From: a virus
Direction: 5' to 3' (one strand)
IMG/VR virus record: IMGVR_UViG_3300042691_012617
Span: 1-64,000 of that record
Length of the DNA: 64,000 nt
Shown here piece after piece: positions 15,176 to 25,304 of the stretch. The first letter of the stretch is position 1, and the number at the start of each line of letters is the position of its first letter. A program made the position numbers and the translations under genes. The notes below the pieces were generated by a model that saw nothing but the letters and a program-made list of their open reading frames with translations, was not told the origin of the DNA and made no database searches.

Positions 15176-16273
15176 TTACCGTTTTGCAATACGACGAAGC
15201 GTGTCGGCATAAGCCTTCATCGATTCAGTCAGGTTCTCGACTTGACCACCAACGGGGGTCTCATCGATGCTCTCTTCGGCAGTCGCAGCAGCCTCTTCGG
15301 TGAGGACAGTCTTGTTGCTCTTGCCGCTGAAGTACGACTCCTTGATGATCTCCAACTTGTTGCGGACATCACCCTCTTCGCCTTCAAGGGTTACACCCTC
15401 AGCGAGAGTACGGAAACGCTCCTTCTGTGTGACTGTGAGATCAGTAGCCATCTCATCAAGGATCTGCTCCCGACGATAGCCCTTCACCTCTTCAGCCAAC
15501 TTGACATTCTTCATGATCTCCTCGTCAAGACGAGCCTTCAACTGATCGGCAGTCTCTGCCATCTTGTCGGCTAGATCGACCTTGGCTTCGGGAACCATGA
15601 TGTCATGCTCAACGAAGAGACTGCGGAGACCGTTCATGAACTCCTCAGCGACTTCGGTGCGGATGCCCTTCTCAACAGAGAGACGGTTCTCCTCAAGCCA
15701 CTCTTCGATGACATACGAGAGATACGAGTCCAACTGCTCGGTGAGAGCCTTCTTGGTCTCATCGATCTCCTCAACAAGACGGTTGTTGTACTGCTCTTCC
15801 AACTCAGTCTTGATCTCTTCAACGCGCTCGTTGATAGCAGCCTCAAAGATGGTGGAAGCCTTGGTCTTAAAGTTTTCGGTGAGATCTTCGCCGTCGAACA
15901 TGGCGGTCATGTGGACATCTAGATCCTCACGCATCGCCTTCTTCGCCTTGACGCTTGCTGCCAACTTTGCCTTGGCATCTCCACCCGCAGCACCGACATC
16001 AACGGGACCAGGAATTACTGCCCCCTTGCCTGTGCCATCCTTGTAGAGACCCGCGAACTTGCCGCTGCCTGCACCTGTGGTGGAAGCATTAGCAACGCCG
16101 CCCTTGACCTCTTCCTCTTCTTCTTCCTCAGCCATTCCCTTTTTGGCAGACACATTCTTCATCTGCTTGGTCTTGGCATCGGCGGTATCTGTAGCCTCGT
16201 CAAGCGAATCGGTCTCTTCGACCTCTTCCTCGTCAAGGATGATTTCTTCGATTTCCTCGTTCTGATAATCCAT
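15176..16273 (-). CDS. gp22: prohead core scaffold protein
   Basis: Acidic coiled coil; FKTKASTIFEAA and DSYLSYVIEEWLEEN; lies between gp21 and gp23. Confidence 0.95.
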   Translation of the reverse strand: MDYQNEEIEEIILDEEEVEETDSLDEATDTADAKTKQMKNVSAKKGMAEEEEEEEVKGGVANASTTGAGSGKFAGLYKDGTGKGAVIPGPVDVGAAGGDAKAKLAASVKAKKAMREDLDVHMTAMFDGEDLTENFKTKASTIFEAAINERVEEIKTELEEQYNNRLVEEIDETKKALTEQLDSYLSYVIEEWLEENRLSVEKGIRTEVAEEFMNGLRSLFVEHDIMVPEAKVDLADKMAETADQLKARLDEEIMKNVKLAEEVKGYRREQILDEMATDLTVTQKERFRTLAEGVTLEGEEGDVRNKLEIIKESYFSGKSNKTVLTEEAAATAEESIDETPVGGQVENLTESMKAYADTLRRIAKR

Positions 16274-16294
16274 GGGGTTCTCCTTGGTATTGGT

Positions 16295-16302
16295 TATTTA
16301 TA
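16295..16302 (-). promoter_or_regulatory. canonical T4 late promoter TATAAATA
   Basis: Exact T4 consensus upstream of gp22. Confidence 0.8.
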
Positions 16303-16319
16303 CGGTAGTAACACTTGGC

Positions 16320-16964
16320 TCACAACTTGTTGATGAAACGCTTGAAAGCGTTGACCATCTCTTCTTCCAACTTGCGGGAGGAAGCCTTGCGGATGGAATG
16401 CTTGATTTCATCGATTTCCTTGGCAACGAGAAGACCGTTCTCGTAAATCCATTCCCGACCTTCCATTACCCCACGGACGAAAGCCTCAGGGGCTGAGGGA
16501 TCTGCAACGATGTCGGCAGCGGTAGAAAGACGGAAATCGTCCTTCACATAGTTCGCGCCGTTCTTCTCCTCAAGGGAGCCTACGCCACGGGACGAAACAC
16601 CCAACTTGGCACCCTCGTCCATCAGGTTCTTTACGATCTTTCCGTATGGCGTATCCATGATTTTGGCTTTGCCATAGAAGTTCTTGCCATCGGGGCCGAG
16701 TTCCATGATCATGTGGGAGACACGCTCAAGATTGATGGTTGGTCCCTCAGGGTGACCCAACTCACCGAATGCTCTCTTTTGCTCAACGAACTCTTTGCGA
16801 TACTGTTCGACCTTGTCCTTGAGCATTTTAAACTCATAGACACGACCGTTGCGATTCTTGATGTCGCCCTGAAGGAAGGTGCCTTCGATGAAATATGCCT
16901 TCTGACCGTTCTTTTCCTCGGTCAGGATTTCGATGCTCTCGTTGACTTCGCAGATGAGTTTCAT
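16320..16964 (-). CDS. gp21: prohead protease
   Basis: KNRNGRVY, GELGHP, GVSSRGVGSL and DIVADPSAP. Confidence 0.98.
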   Translation of the reverse strand: MKLICEVNESIEILTEEKNGQKAYFIEGTFLQGDIKNRNGRVYEFKMLKDKVEQYRKEFVEQKRAFGELGHPEGPTINLERVSHMIMELGPDGKNFYGKAKIMDTPYGKIVKNLMDEGAKLGVSSRGVGSLEEKNGANYVKDDFRLSTAADIVADPSAPEAFVRGVMEGREWIYENGLLVAKEIDEIKHSIRKASSRKLEEEMVNAFKRFINKL

Positions 16965-16976
16965 CCGAATGCTCCT

Positions 16977-17429
16977 TTAGATCGTGAACTCAAGAATGAT
17001 GGTTCCGTTTCCTGTGCTGAATTCATTTCCACTATTATCTAGGCTTATCGTGATGGTGCCTGATTCCAACTGTGCCTTCACACCTGTCCGTCTGTGTGAG
17101 AACCTAGGCTCAAAATTAAGTTCACTATCGATTCCGTTTGCAAAGAGGCAATCTCCTGCATTTTGTCCATATGTTCCCGCCGTGTATGTGTTGCCCCAAC
17201 GCGCCGTCCAGTACCACCCCGCGACAGCGGCAGCATTAGATGTTGACATGACAGAGTGAAGTTTTACTGTTCCATCCGCAGTAAGTCCGAAATTTTGTGG
17301 GTCTAGAAATGCCGACCCCGTCAACCCAATCGTGATGCTCTCGGCAGTAGATGTAGGAACTTCGCTTGCCACGATCTTCGTGACATATCTCTTATTCGTT
17401 CTGACAAGGTCTTGTTTAATGAGCGGCAT
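16977..17429 (-). CDS. putative virion structural protein (paralog of the next gene)
   Basis: Q.LV.T.KR.V.K...G.TGSAF...GTIILEF is shared with 17429-17815. Confidence 0.7.
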   Translation of the reverse strand: MPLIKQDLVRTNKRYVTKIVASEVPTSTAESITIGLTGSAFLDPQNFGLTADGTVKLHSVMSTSNAAAVAGWYWTARWGNTYTAGTYGQNAGDCLFANGIDSELNFEPRFSHRRTGVKAQLESGTITISLDNSGNEFSTGNGTIILEFTI

Positions 17430-17815
17430 CAGAGTACGAATTCAAGAATGATGGTTCCCGTCACAGTCGAGGGGGTGATAGTCATGACCCCTGTGGGTGT
17501 GGTTGCATTGTTTGGGATTGTGAATCGCTCAAACATGAAATCGATGTTTCCTGCTGCTGCCGAATCAAATGCGGTGGCACCAGGAGTTCCTGCCCATGTC
17601 AGCGTGTATCTTGCCGTGCATGCAGACTTAATAGAAGCCAATTTGGCGGTGGTCGCCGTGATGCCATCAGTCATTGCAATTACATCTCCTGTGAGACCGT
17701 TTGCAAATGCAGATCCTGTGACACCAAAATTAATCGCTGTACCGTGGGCACTCAACTGAAACTTCTTTACGAGTCTCTTCTGCGTTCCCACCAAGGTTTG
17801 TTCTGTGTAAGCCAT
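17429..17815 (-). CDS. putative virion structural protein
   Basis: Paralog of 16977-17429; lies in the head module. Confidence 0.7.
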   Translation of the reverse strand: MAYTEQTLVGTQKRLVKKFQLSAHGTAINFGVTGSAFANGLTGDVIAMTDGITATTAKLASIKSACTARYTLTWAGTPGATAFDSAAAGNIDFMFERFTIPNNATTPTGVMTITPSTVTGTIILEFVL

Positions 17816-18261
17816 TAGTTATTCTCCTCGTTTGCTTTGGCAAAGTTGACTGCATGTGCATATGTGTCCTTGCTTTCGGTTGCAAGGACGAGGAAAGCAG
17901 TCTGATTCTCCTCGCTCAACCTGTCATAGGCAGAAGCGATTGCCTCGGCATGACGAACAGTCACTTGCTGCTTGGTATTGTCCATCAGTTCAACCGTGGT
18001 TCCCTTGCCGCTCTTGATGCATTCTGCGATTGCTGAAAGGAGCCTGTTTGCCATTCCTTTGTATCGAACTTCTTCAACATAGTCAGTTGCAGATTGCTTT
18101 ACGAATCGAAGAGCCTTGGGATCATCCGAAGAAACAACTGCGGTGGACTCTTGTACCTCCACAGTTGCTCTGTCGCCAAGAATGGAGAAATTGGCTGCGA
18201 ATTCCTCCGCAGCCTTATTGCTCTTGAACTTGACGCTTACCTTTGCCATCAGCCCTTCCAA
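17815..18261 (-). CDS. head-module protein (prohead core region)
   Basis: Position between gp20 and gp21; YDRLSEENQ..F motif. Confidence 0.6.
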   Translation of the reverse strand: MEGLMAKVSVKFKSNKAAEEFAANFSILGDRATVEVQESTAVVSSDDPKALRFVKQSATDYVEEVRYKGMANRLLSAIAECIKSGKGTTVELMDNTKQQVTVRHAEAIASAYDRLSEENQTAFLVLATESKDTYAHAVNFAKANEENN

Positions 18262-18722
18262 TTCGCCTTGATGTAGTCAAAGAACTTCTTCTTCTTGCCA
18301 TCGTCCATCTTGGCGGGAGACGATGCACCGAACTTCTTGAGAGCCTTGTCGAAGAATGCGCGGTAAGCCTTCTGCTTATCGCTCAGTTCCTCCTCGGACA
18401 TCGTGTACTTCTCGCCCTTCATGGCAACGGCGGCTTCCATGGATTCCTTTGGCGAACCCATGAGAGTCTTCTTCTTCTCTCGCAGAGCCTTGTACTTCTC
18501 AACGATCTTCATCGCTTCGTGGAAGTTGATGTCTACAGGAGCGGGAACGATGGCACCCTTGCCACTACCATCATCGTAAAGGCCACCGAACTTGTTCTCC
18601 TGCATTGCACGATTGCGCTGTTCACGCAACTTGCGGGAATGCTCAAGACGCACCACGGTCTCCCGATATGCGCGAGTGCGACCGTCGATACCGACCTTCT
18701 CGTTGATGTTCTCTTCAGACAT
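18249..18722 (-). CDS. prohead core / internal protein
   Basis: IDGRTRAYRE and YRAFFDKALKKFGASSP...KKKFFDYI; shares a 21-aa motif with gp22. Confidence 0.65.
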   Translation of the reverse strand: MSEENINEKVGIDGRTRAYRETVVRLEHSRKLREQRNRAMQENKFGGLYDDGSGKGAIVPAPVDINFHEAMKIVEKYKALREKKKTLMGSPKESMEAAVAMKGEKYTMSEEELSDKQKAYRAFFDKALKKFGASSPAKMDDGKKKKFFDYIKANWKG

Positions 18723-18733
18723 GGGTTCCTCTC

Positions 18734-19441
18734 TTACTTTCCACCAAATGATGGTTTCTTGGCTTTCTTGGGATCGGCGGGTTTTCCTGTCTCAAGTTCT
18801 TTCTTCTTGAGATCTGCATCAGCCACCTCGTTTGGTTTACCCGCATCGACGGGCGCGGCAACCTGAGCAACACCCGCGTTCTTGTCCTTCTTGATCTGTG
18901 CTGTCATGTTTGCAGCCATCTCAGGATCCTTGTTTGCATCCTTCACCATGTCATCGACATAATCCTTGGTTGCCTTGATTGCAGCCTTTGGACCTGGGAA
19001 GAATTCCCAACGCCGACCGTTGATGTAGACGCGGACGGGTTTACCGAATCCCGTGCCCAACTGCTTGATGAGAATGTCCTGCCCCTTGTACTTGGTGGAA
19101 GAGTAATAAAACTCCTTCTCAAAGTTGGGGTCGAGCGACATGTCATCTTTTGCGGATCCCGCAGCGGTGGGAACAATCTTAAGATCCCCCGCTTTCATAG
19201 GCGTGGTCACGGGTGGGGCAGAGGGTGCGCCAGGTAGGTTTTCGGGAAGTGGTTGAGGTGCTTCCCCCTTTTCGCCCACACCCGTGACTATTTGTCCTGA
19301 GAGAGCCTTCTTCAGTTCTTCGATCTTGCTATGGATACGAGAAGCCAACTCCTTTTGAATGAGGCTCTTGAACTTCGGAGCCTCCTTCTTGATGAGGGTT
19401 TCGATAACCGACCTGAGGAGTTTGTCTGCTTCGTTTTCCAT
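18734..19441 (-). CDS. prohead core protein (gp67-like N-terminus) with an extension
   Basis: Immediately downstream of the portal; N-terminal amphipathic helices. Confidence 0.6.
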   Translation of the reverse strand: MENEADKLLRSVIETLIKKEAPKFKSLIQKELASRIHSKIEELKKALSGQIVTGVGEKGEAPQPLPENLPGAPSAPPVTTPMKAGDLKIVPTAAGSAKDDMSLDPNFEKEFYYSSTKYKGQDILIKQLGTGFGKPVRVYINGRRWEFFPGPKAAIKATKDYVDDMVKDANKDPEMAANMTAQIKKDKNAGVAQVAAPVDAGKPNEVADADLKKKELETGKPADPKKAKKPSFGGK

Positions 19442-19450
19442 TCAGACCTC

Positions 19451-20953
19451 TTATACGAGACCGAACTGCGATGTGTCGGGTTCGATCTTGCCTGCGTTGC
19501 GCTCTCTTTCGATTTCCTTGTCCATCTGCTTGATCTCGGCTTCGTTGAAACCAAGCACATTTCTGCGTACCCATTCGTGAGAATAGTACTTACCTATGTA
19601 TGGTTTAATATTTCCTAGTTCGTCCACCTGTTGGCGGCGCAACTCGGCATTCTTGAGTTCCGTGAACAGGTTGTCCTTGAGGAAGTCGAAGTAAATCGCT
19701 TCCTTCATGTCGTTCCACTCGTCAGCGGTAATGACCTTCTTCAGGATCAATTGCTTACGGAGGACATCGAAGAAGAACTCGCAGAACTTGGTTCTGAGCC
19801 TGTGGATGTACTTCGTGAACCGCACCTCGTCGCGGGTGATCTCCGTGGAACGCCCAAGCATAAACTGCTTGTCTTGTTCCAAACGACTCACGGGCACAGA
19901 CAGGGCACGGTACAGTTTCTTTTGGAAGTACACAACATCCGTCAGTTCTCCAAGATTCTGACCACCCTGCAAAGTTGTGATTTCGGTACCACGGCTACCC
20001 TCTCTACGGGGCAACCAGTAGTCCTCAAGCATGGACATGAACTTCTTGTCATCCCGAATCTCTCCCGTTGCCGCGTCATAGACGAGACGGTTGCGGTAGC
20101 GATTCATGAGATCCTTGACATACTGCTCTGCCTTGGTCTTCGGGAGGTTACCGACATCGATGTAGAAGATGCGGCGTTCGGGGGCACGGCTAATGCGGTA
20201 GATGACGATTGCATCTTCCAACATGCGGAGTTGGTTCAGCGGCTTGATCGCCTTGTGTAGGAACCCAACCGTTCTCTTGTAACGGCTGTCCATCAGACCC
20301 GACGAGCAGAATGCGATTGCATCCTCGCTGATCTTGATGCCCGATGGATTGCCTCCTGCACGGGGATTATCCTTGTTGTACAAGTAAAAGTCCTTGTATC
20401 CCGTGATGATCTTCGTGCCGTTCTTCATCGTTTCCTTGGTGTACTCGCGGATCTTCTGAATGTTCATAGGATCCACATAGCGCAGTTCAAGGATTCCCTT
20501 CTGTGGGTTCTCCTCATCGATGATCAAGTGAAAGAAGACCTTGCCATCGACATACCATCGACGGAAGATCTCTGTTCCCTTGGTCTCAAACTGCATGACA
20601 CGAAGGATGTTGCGGAACTCTTCGTGGATTCGTTCCTTGACATTGTCGCTTGCCTTCAAGCGGTCAAGGACGATCTTGACGGGAGACTTCTTCTCACCCA
20701 CCACGATTGCCTCATTGATCACATCGTCTACTGCGACTTCAACGATGGGATCCTGAGCCATCTCGCGGTATTTCATGGTCAGTTCGAAATCGTTACGGAC
20801 GGTGCCGTCGAGATCGACATATTGACCATAGAAACCACCCGCTTCAACAGGAATAGCCCCGTCATCGAATGTCGGAACGACAAACGACTTCAGGGCCTTT
20901 TCCTGCTTCTTCTCTTGCTTACCTCGCTCTAGGCGAAATCCGAAAAGTTCCAT
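19451..20953 (-). CDS. gp20: portal vertex protein
   Basis: FRRWYVDG, IYRISRAPERRIFYIDVGNLPK and EDYWLPRREGSRGTEITTL. Confidence 0.99.
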   Translation of the reverse strand: MELFGFRLERGKQEKKQEKALKSFVVPTFDDGAIPVEAGGFYGQYVDLDGTVRNDFELTMKYREMAQDPIVEVAVDDVINEAIVVGEKKSPVKIVLDRLKASDNVKERIHEEFRNILRVMQFETKGTEIFRRWYVDGKVFFHLIIDEENPQKGILELRYVDPMNIQKIREYTKETMKNGTKIITGYKDFYLYNKDNPRAGGNPSGIKISEDAIAFCSSGLMDSRYKRTVGFLHKAIKPLNQLRMLEDAIVIYRISRAPERRIFYIDVGNLPKTKAEQYVKDLMNRYRNRLVYDAATGEIRDDKKFMSMLEDYWLPRREGSRGTEITTLQGGQNLGELTDVVYFQKKLYRALSVPVSRLEQDKQFMLGRSTEITRDEVRFTKYIHRLRTKFCEFFFDVLRKQLILKKVITADEWNDMKEAIYFDFLKDNLFTELKNAELRRQQVDELGNIKPYIGKYYSHEWVRRNVLGFNEAEIKQMDKEIERERNAGKIEPDTSQFGLV

Positions 20954-20979
20954 TATGTAGATACCTCATGACCTTTCAA

Positions 20980-21606
20980 TTAGGTGGTTACGCCTTCGAC
21001 TTCGAAGTACTGATACGCGATAGTGACATCAAATGTTGAAGGCTCGGATTGCGCTCCCATGTCCATCGTCGTTTCAGCGATGGTTGTGGGCCAGCATCCG
21101 ACCATCTTATAACGAGCGATGGGGTTGCCTTCACGGGTGAGCGGCGTAATCGTCCAATCGGTCATGAACTGATTCATGGAATTCGCACCGACATTGGTAC
21201 GGTTCGTGTTCATGAGGTTCATCCATGCTTCGAAAGACTTACGGAGACCGTAGGTTCCATCGTTGTAGCAGGAGATCGACCAATCTGAGAAGGTTCGGTC
21301 ACCTGGATACTTGAATGGACGGCCCATGTAGTAGGCTTGGTTGGTGTTGAGAGTCGAAGAAGGAATCTTCGAAGCCTTGCACAGGAACGAAACCTGTGCA
21401 GAGGGGCTTCCACCACCCGCAGCAGCGGCTACGGCATTGATGGCTCCACCAACTGCTCCACCGAAGAGCGCACCCGCCACAGCGGCTGCACCCTGAATCG
21501 CCTGCGTGTTACCACCAGGGAAGTTGCCTTGGACAAGGAACAGGTTGTTTCTTGCAAGACCATTGATGAGATTGGCGCGGAATGCGTCGATGCTGAACTG
21601 TGACAT
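20980..21606 (-). CDS. gp19: tail tube protein
   Basis: GLARNNLF, FLCKASKIP, GDRTFSDWSI and FDVTIAYQYF; adjacent to gp18. Confidence 0.93.
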   Translation of the reverse strand: MSQFSIDAFRANLINGLARNNLFLVQGNFPGGNTQAIQGAAAVAGALFGGAVGGAINAVAAAAGGGSPSAQVSFLCKASKIPSSTLNTNQAYYMGRPFKYPGDRTFSDWSISCYNDGTYGLRKSFEAWMNLMNTNRTNVGANSMNQFMTDWTITPLTREGNPIARYKMVGCWPTTIAETTMDMGAQSEPSTFDVTIAYQYFEVEGVTT

Positions 21607-21623
21607 TTAGGACTCCTTGTGGT

Positions 21624-21630
21624 TATTTAG
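21624..21630 (-). promoter_or_regulatory. late promoter CTAAATA
   Basis: Upstream of the gp19 RBS (AAGGAG). Confidence 0.7.
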
Positions 21631-21651
21631 TAGGGTTTCCTGCATCACAAA

Positions 21652-23562
21652 TCAGGCTCCGACCTCGCTGAAGTTCACGCCTGTACGAGTGGCGATGAAG
21701 TTCAACTGGATGAAGTTGATGCTGCGATTCGGCTTGATGTAGATATCTGCAACAAACCGATTGCTATCGATTACTTCAGGCGTGTTGTTCTTCTCATCAC
21801 AGACAACCTTGAAGTCGATGAGACCACGACGAGCCTGAACATCACGGAGGAATGGTTCGACAAGCGAACGGAACTGTGCGCGTGTGAAGGCATCGTTGAA
21901 CTCAAAGAGGCTGTACTTCGCGGCGGTGGCGATTGCCTTCTCAAGCACGATGAACAGACGGCGCACATTGATGCGGTCGAATGCAGAGGGCTTGGCTTGG
22001 GCAGTCTTGTCGCCGTAGAGGACGGTTCCTTCACCCGAGAAGGTGGCAACAGGATTGATGCCATTCTTGTACAAGGTGTCTCTAGAAGCCTGACGGGGTT
22101 GGAACGCCAACTTGATCACGCCACGAACCTGACCACGGTTGAAGCCTGCGGGGCTGTACCAAGGATCAAAGTTCGCATCAGTACGAGCGCAGAGACCCGC
22201 GATGTCGCCGTTCAGCGGCACCCAACGGTTCTTGTCGTTGTAGATGTCGTACATGTACTTGTAACCGCTGTCGATCACGCAGTACGAGGACGAACCAATG
22301 TTGTTGCGATACTGAACAGCACGATCCTGCTTGACCTGATCGGTCTCGTTTGGATCCTTGTTGGGCACCGAAAGGAATGCAACGCAATCCTTACGAGCAT
22401 CAACGATGTCCTTGATCGAAGGAGCAACGAGATCGGCAACAGAAGTTGTGAGATCGGTAGCGGGAGTAAATGTCTTATCGGGACCACCGATGATGAGATT
22501 GACATCAACAGTCTCAGCATCGGCAAAGAGGCGGTAACCCTCAGGATCTGAATCGGTATCCTGACCGAAAGCAACCTTCATGTAGTCGGTCAGATCGGCA
22601 GTCTTGCCGTCCTTACCACCCTTGAGTTGCCACACGCCAACACCGAACGAACTGTTGGTCGCGGTGATGCCCGAAGTAGCAGCAAGCGATGCTCCTGTAT
22701 AGTACTTGAGCGCATCGCCAGTACCCCATGCACCTGTTGATCCACGGAAGAGATCGTTGTAGGAAGTGTTGTTTGCCTTCTTGACGGCAGCGATGTACTT
22801 CGATGTGCGATTGATACGGTCAACATAGTAGTTGCTTGTACCATCCGAAGAAACCACACCTGGGAGGAACGACAGACCTTGGAACTTCTCAAGGATTGTG
22901 TTGCGAGTTCCCGAAAGGAGACCATTCTTGTCGATGACAACCAAGTGGAATTCGTCGTTTGCACCGCCAAGATCAGAGACATAAGTCGTGCTGTTTGGCT
23001 TGGCATCGAATTCATCACCATAAGACCAATTGCTGAAGTCGTTGCCCGCAGCGGTGTATCCCGAAGCGGTGATGCCTGTGCCTGTAACTGCGACAGTCGC
23101 GCCACCGCAGATTTGAACCTCAAGGGTATTTCCAAGGGCACCCGCATAACGAGCGACAAAAGAACCAATCTTGGTAACATCTGCAAACTCAAACTTATCA
23201 TCGTTTTCGATCATTGCTGCATCAGAATCCCAAACAACAGAGCCACCCGCACCTGTTGCGGTCGCGCCTGTATAACCATAACCGTTGGCATTGACCATTT
23301 CGTCAATCTTGGCACGAACGACCTGAAGATTGTTGCCGTAACCAAGGAAGTTGGCGGCGGGGAACCACCACTCAGCAACATTGTCATCGGGTGCGCCGAA
23401 AAGTTGAACGAGGTTATTTTCGCTGTCAACGAGGATTCGCTTGTTGCATGGGCCCCAATTGAATAGACCCACGATGCCTGCATTGGTTGTCGCAACAGCA
23501 GGGACGATTGTGGTCAAGTCCTTCTCTGTTACATTCACGCCTGGGGAAAGTTGGAATGCCAT
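21652..23562 (-). CDS. gp18: tail sheath protein
   Basis: MAFQLSPGV..TEKD, PWYSPAGFNRG, FDRINVRRLF and IKPNRSINFIQLNF. Confidence 0.99.
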   Translation of the reverse strand: MAFQLSPGVNVTEKDLTTIVPAVATTNAGIVGLFNWGPCNKRILVDSENNLVQLFGAPDDNVAEWWFPAANFLGYGNNLQVVRAKIDEMVNANGYGYTGATATGAGGSVVWDSDAAMIENDDKFEFADVTKIGSFVARYAGALGNTLEVQICGGATVAVTGTGITASGYTAAGNDFSNWSYGDEFDAKPNSTTYVSDLGGANDEFHLVVIDKNGLLSGTRNTILEKFQGLSFLPGVVSSDGTSNYYVDRINRTSKYIAAVKKANNTSYNDLFRGSTGAWGTGDALKYYTGASLAATSGITATNSSFGVGVWQLKGGKDGKTADLTDYMKVAFGQDTDSDPEGYRLFADAETVDVNLIIGGPDKTFTPATDLTTSVADLVAPSIKDIVDARKDCVAFLSVPNKDPNETDQVKQDRAVQYRNNIGSSSYCVIDSGYKYMYDIYNDKNRWVPLNGDIAGLCARTDANFDPWYSPAGFNRGQVRGVIKLAFQPRQASRDTLYKNGINPVATFSGEGTVLYGDKTAQAKPSAFDRINVRRLFIVLEKAIATAAKYSLFEFNDAFTRAQFRSLVEPFLRDVQARRGLIDFKVVCDEKNNTPEVIDSNRFVADIYIKPNRSINFIQLNFIATRTGVNFSEVGA

Positions 23563-23596
23563 CTCAGTCTCCTTGGATTGGTTTGATAGACGGGGG

Positions 23597-23603
23597 TATT
23601 TAT
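23597..23603 (-). promoter_or_regulatory. late promoter ATAAATA
   Basis: Upstream of gp18. Confidence 0.7.
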
Positions 23604-23627
23604 TCGTTTGATCATTTCACCCGATCA

Positions 23628-25304
23628 TCACATGATCTCGTTTGCATCGTCCATCCATGATCTATCCCGCCTAGATTGTTTAGGTTTCTCCGTAGATTCG
23701 CTAGCAAGCATCCTCGCCGCTTCGTCCATTTCGTCTTCTACGCTGTCAAGGAAGCCAAACGGTGTCAGGTCTTCCTCCAGTTTCTTGAGTTTTTCCTCAA
23801 AGAGTCGCTTACGGACATCTAGGTTGACCAAGTCCTTGAAGTAGTCCTGTGTGGTCAGCCAACCAAACATGACCAAGCAAGCCATGAGATCGTCGTGGTA
23901 GCCCTCTGTAGCCTCGTATGACCCCGCCTTGGCGATGTAGGTACTGATCTCTGCAATGATATCGAAATCGTTTACTATCAATTTGTCGCTTTCGATCATT
24001 TCCTTAACCACGAAGCAACCCGCCTTCTTGATTTGGCTGCTCATCTTCACGCCGCTATACACCCTGCCACCACCGAAGCCTTCTCCGACTTTCTGACCTT
24101 TCTTGCCTTTGATGGTAATCGTGATCACATTCTCATACTCAAGTTCGTCCTTGAGGATGTCTGCCACATGCTGCCCTGTGTCATTGATTTCAATCAGGGC
24201 GTATGCCTCGTTGTATTTCTCAAGGATCGTCTTGATTAGGTTCGGGAACACAGGGACGGGAATAGTATTGTTTCGATACTTTGCCACCACCTTGTACGGC
24301 ATAGAGGTGACATCCAAGACCAACATGGCGTTGTAATCCTGCCCAATAGCCCTACTAGAGTCAATCAGACCCGTATAGATGTGTCCTTTGATGGGATGCT
24401 CATAGATTGCCAAGCCATCTTCCGTCTCCATTAGAGGAGTTTGGAATGTCAGGGCGGCAATCTTCGATGCCTTGATCAGCGTCTCCTGAGAGCCAAGGAA
24501 TTCACATTCATATTCTGAATACCATTGCCGCTCGGAGGTATTCTTGATCGTGGTTTCCTTGAACTTCTCATCACGCCCAGGCACTTGCCACCAATGTGCT
24601 TCGACGGGTACGAACTCGGACTTCCCGTTTTTGGCATTCTGCCACATCTTGTAAAACAGATTGAGACCATTCGGGGTGGACACGATGACCGTCTTCGATG
24701 TCTTACCTGAGGTGATCGTGGGATACACCGATGTGAAGAACTCTTCCGCGATCTGCTCGGGAACGAACGCAAACTCGTCAAGCATCAGGAAGTTGTAGGA
24801 CGAACCACGGACGGCACTAGATGATGTAGATGAACAGATGACCTTCGATCCGTTCTCCAATGTGATGCTCGTCTTGTTCCATTCGATGATGCCCTGCTGC
24901 AACCACTTCGGAAGGTTTTCATACGCGACCTTGAAGCGATCCATAATTTCGGTCGCAGTCTTCAACTTGTTGGCGAGGATTGCCGCCTTATATGTCGGAT
25001 TGAACAGCACCATGTGCAGAATGCAAGCCACCAATGTCGCGGTCTTGCCGCTCTGACGCGGGATCTTGCAGATGGTGAAGCGGTTGTCGAATACCGAACG
25101 AGCGATATCCTTCTGAAAGTCATACAGCCTGAAAGGCATGAGACCTTCATCGATGGTGACAACCTTGATGTATGTCTCAATGAAATAGATCGGGTCTTCG
25201 GAGCATTTGATATACTCCTCCAACTGCTCTTTTGTGAACTCCTGCTTGACATACGCACCCTTTAGAAGGGGGTTGCCTAGGTATGTCTCATGATCATTGC
25301 TCAT
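23628..25304 (-). CDS. gp17: terminase large subunit
   Basis: YLGNPLLK, PRQSGKT (Walker A), LMLDEFAF (Walker B), STPNG and HDDL. Confidence 0.99.
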   Translation of the reverse strand: MSNDHETYLGNPLLKGAYVKQEFTKEQLEEYIKCSEDPIYFIETYIKVVTIDEGLMPFRLYDFQKDIARSVFDNRFTICKIPRQSGKTATLVACILHMVLFNPTYKAAILANKLKTATEIMDRFKVAYENLPKWLQQGIIEWNKTSITLENGSKVICSSTSSSAVRGSSYNFLMLDEFAFVPEQIAEEFFTSVYPTITSGKTSKTVIVSTPNGLNLFYKMWQNAKNGKSEFVPVEAHWWQVPGRDEKFKETTIKNTSERQWYSEYECEFLGSQETLIKASKIAALTFQTPLMETEDGLAIYEHPIKGHIYTGLIDSSRAIGQDYNAMLVLDVTSMPYKVVAKYRNNTIPVPVFPNLIKTILEKYNEAYALIEINDTGQHVADILKDELEYENVITITIKGKKGQKVGEGFGGGRVYSGVKMSSQIKKAGCFVVKEMIESDKLIVNDFDIIAEISTYIAKAGSYEATEGYHDDLMACLVMFGWLTTQDYFKDLVNLDVRKRLFEEKLKKLEEDLTPFGFLDSVEDEMDEAARMLASESTEKPKQSRRDRSWMDDANEIM

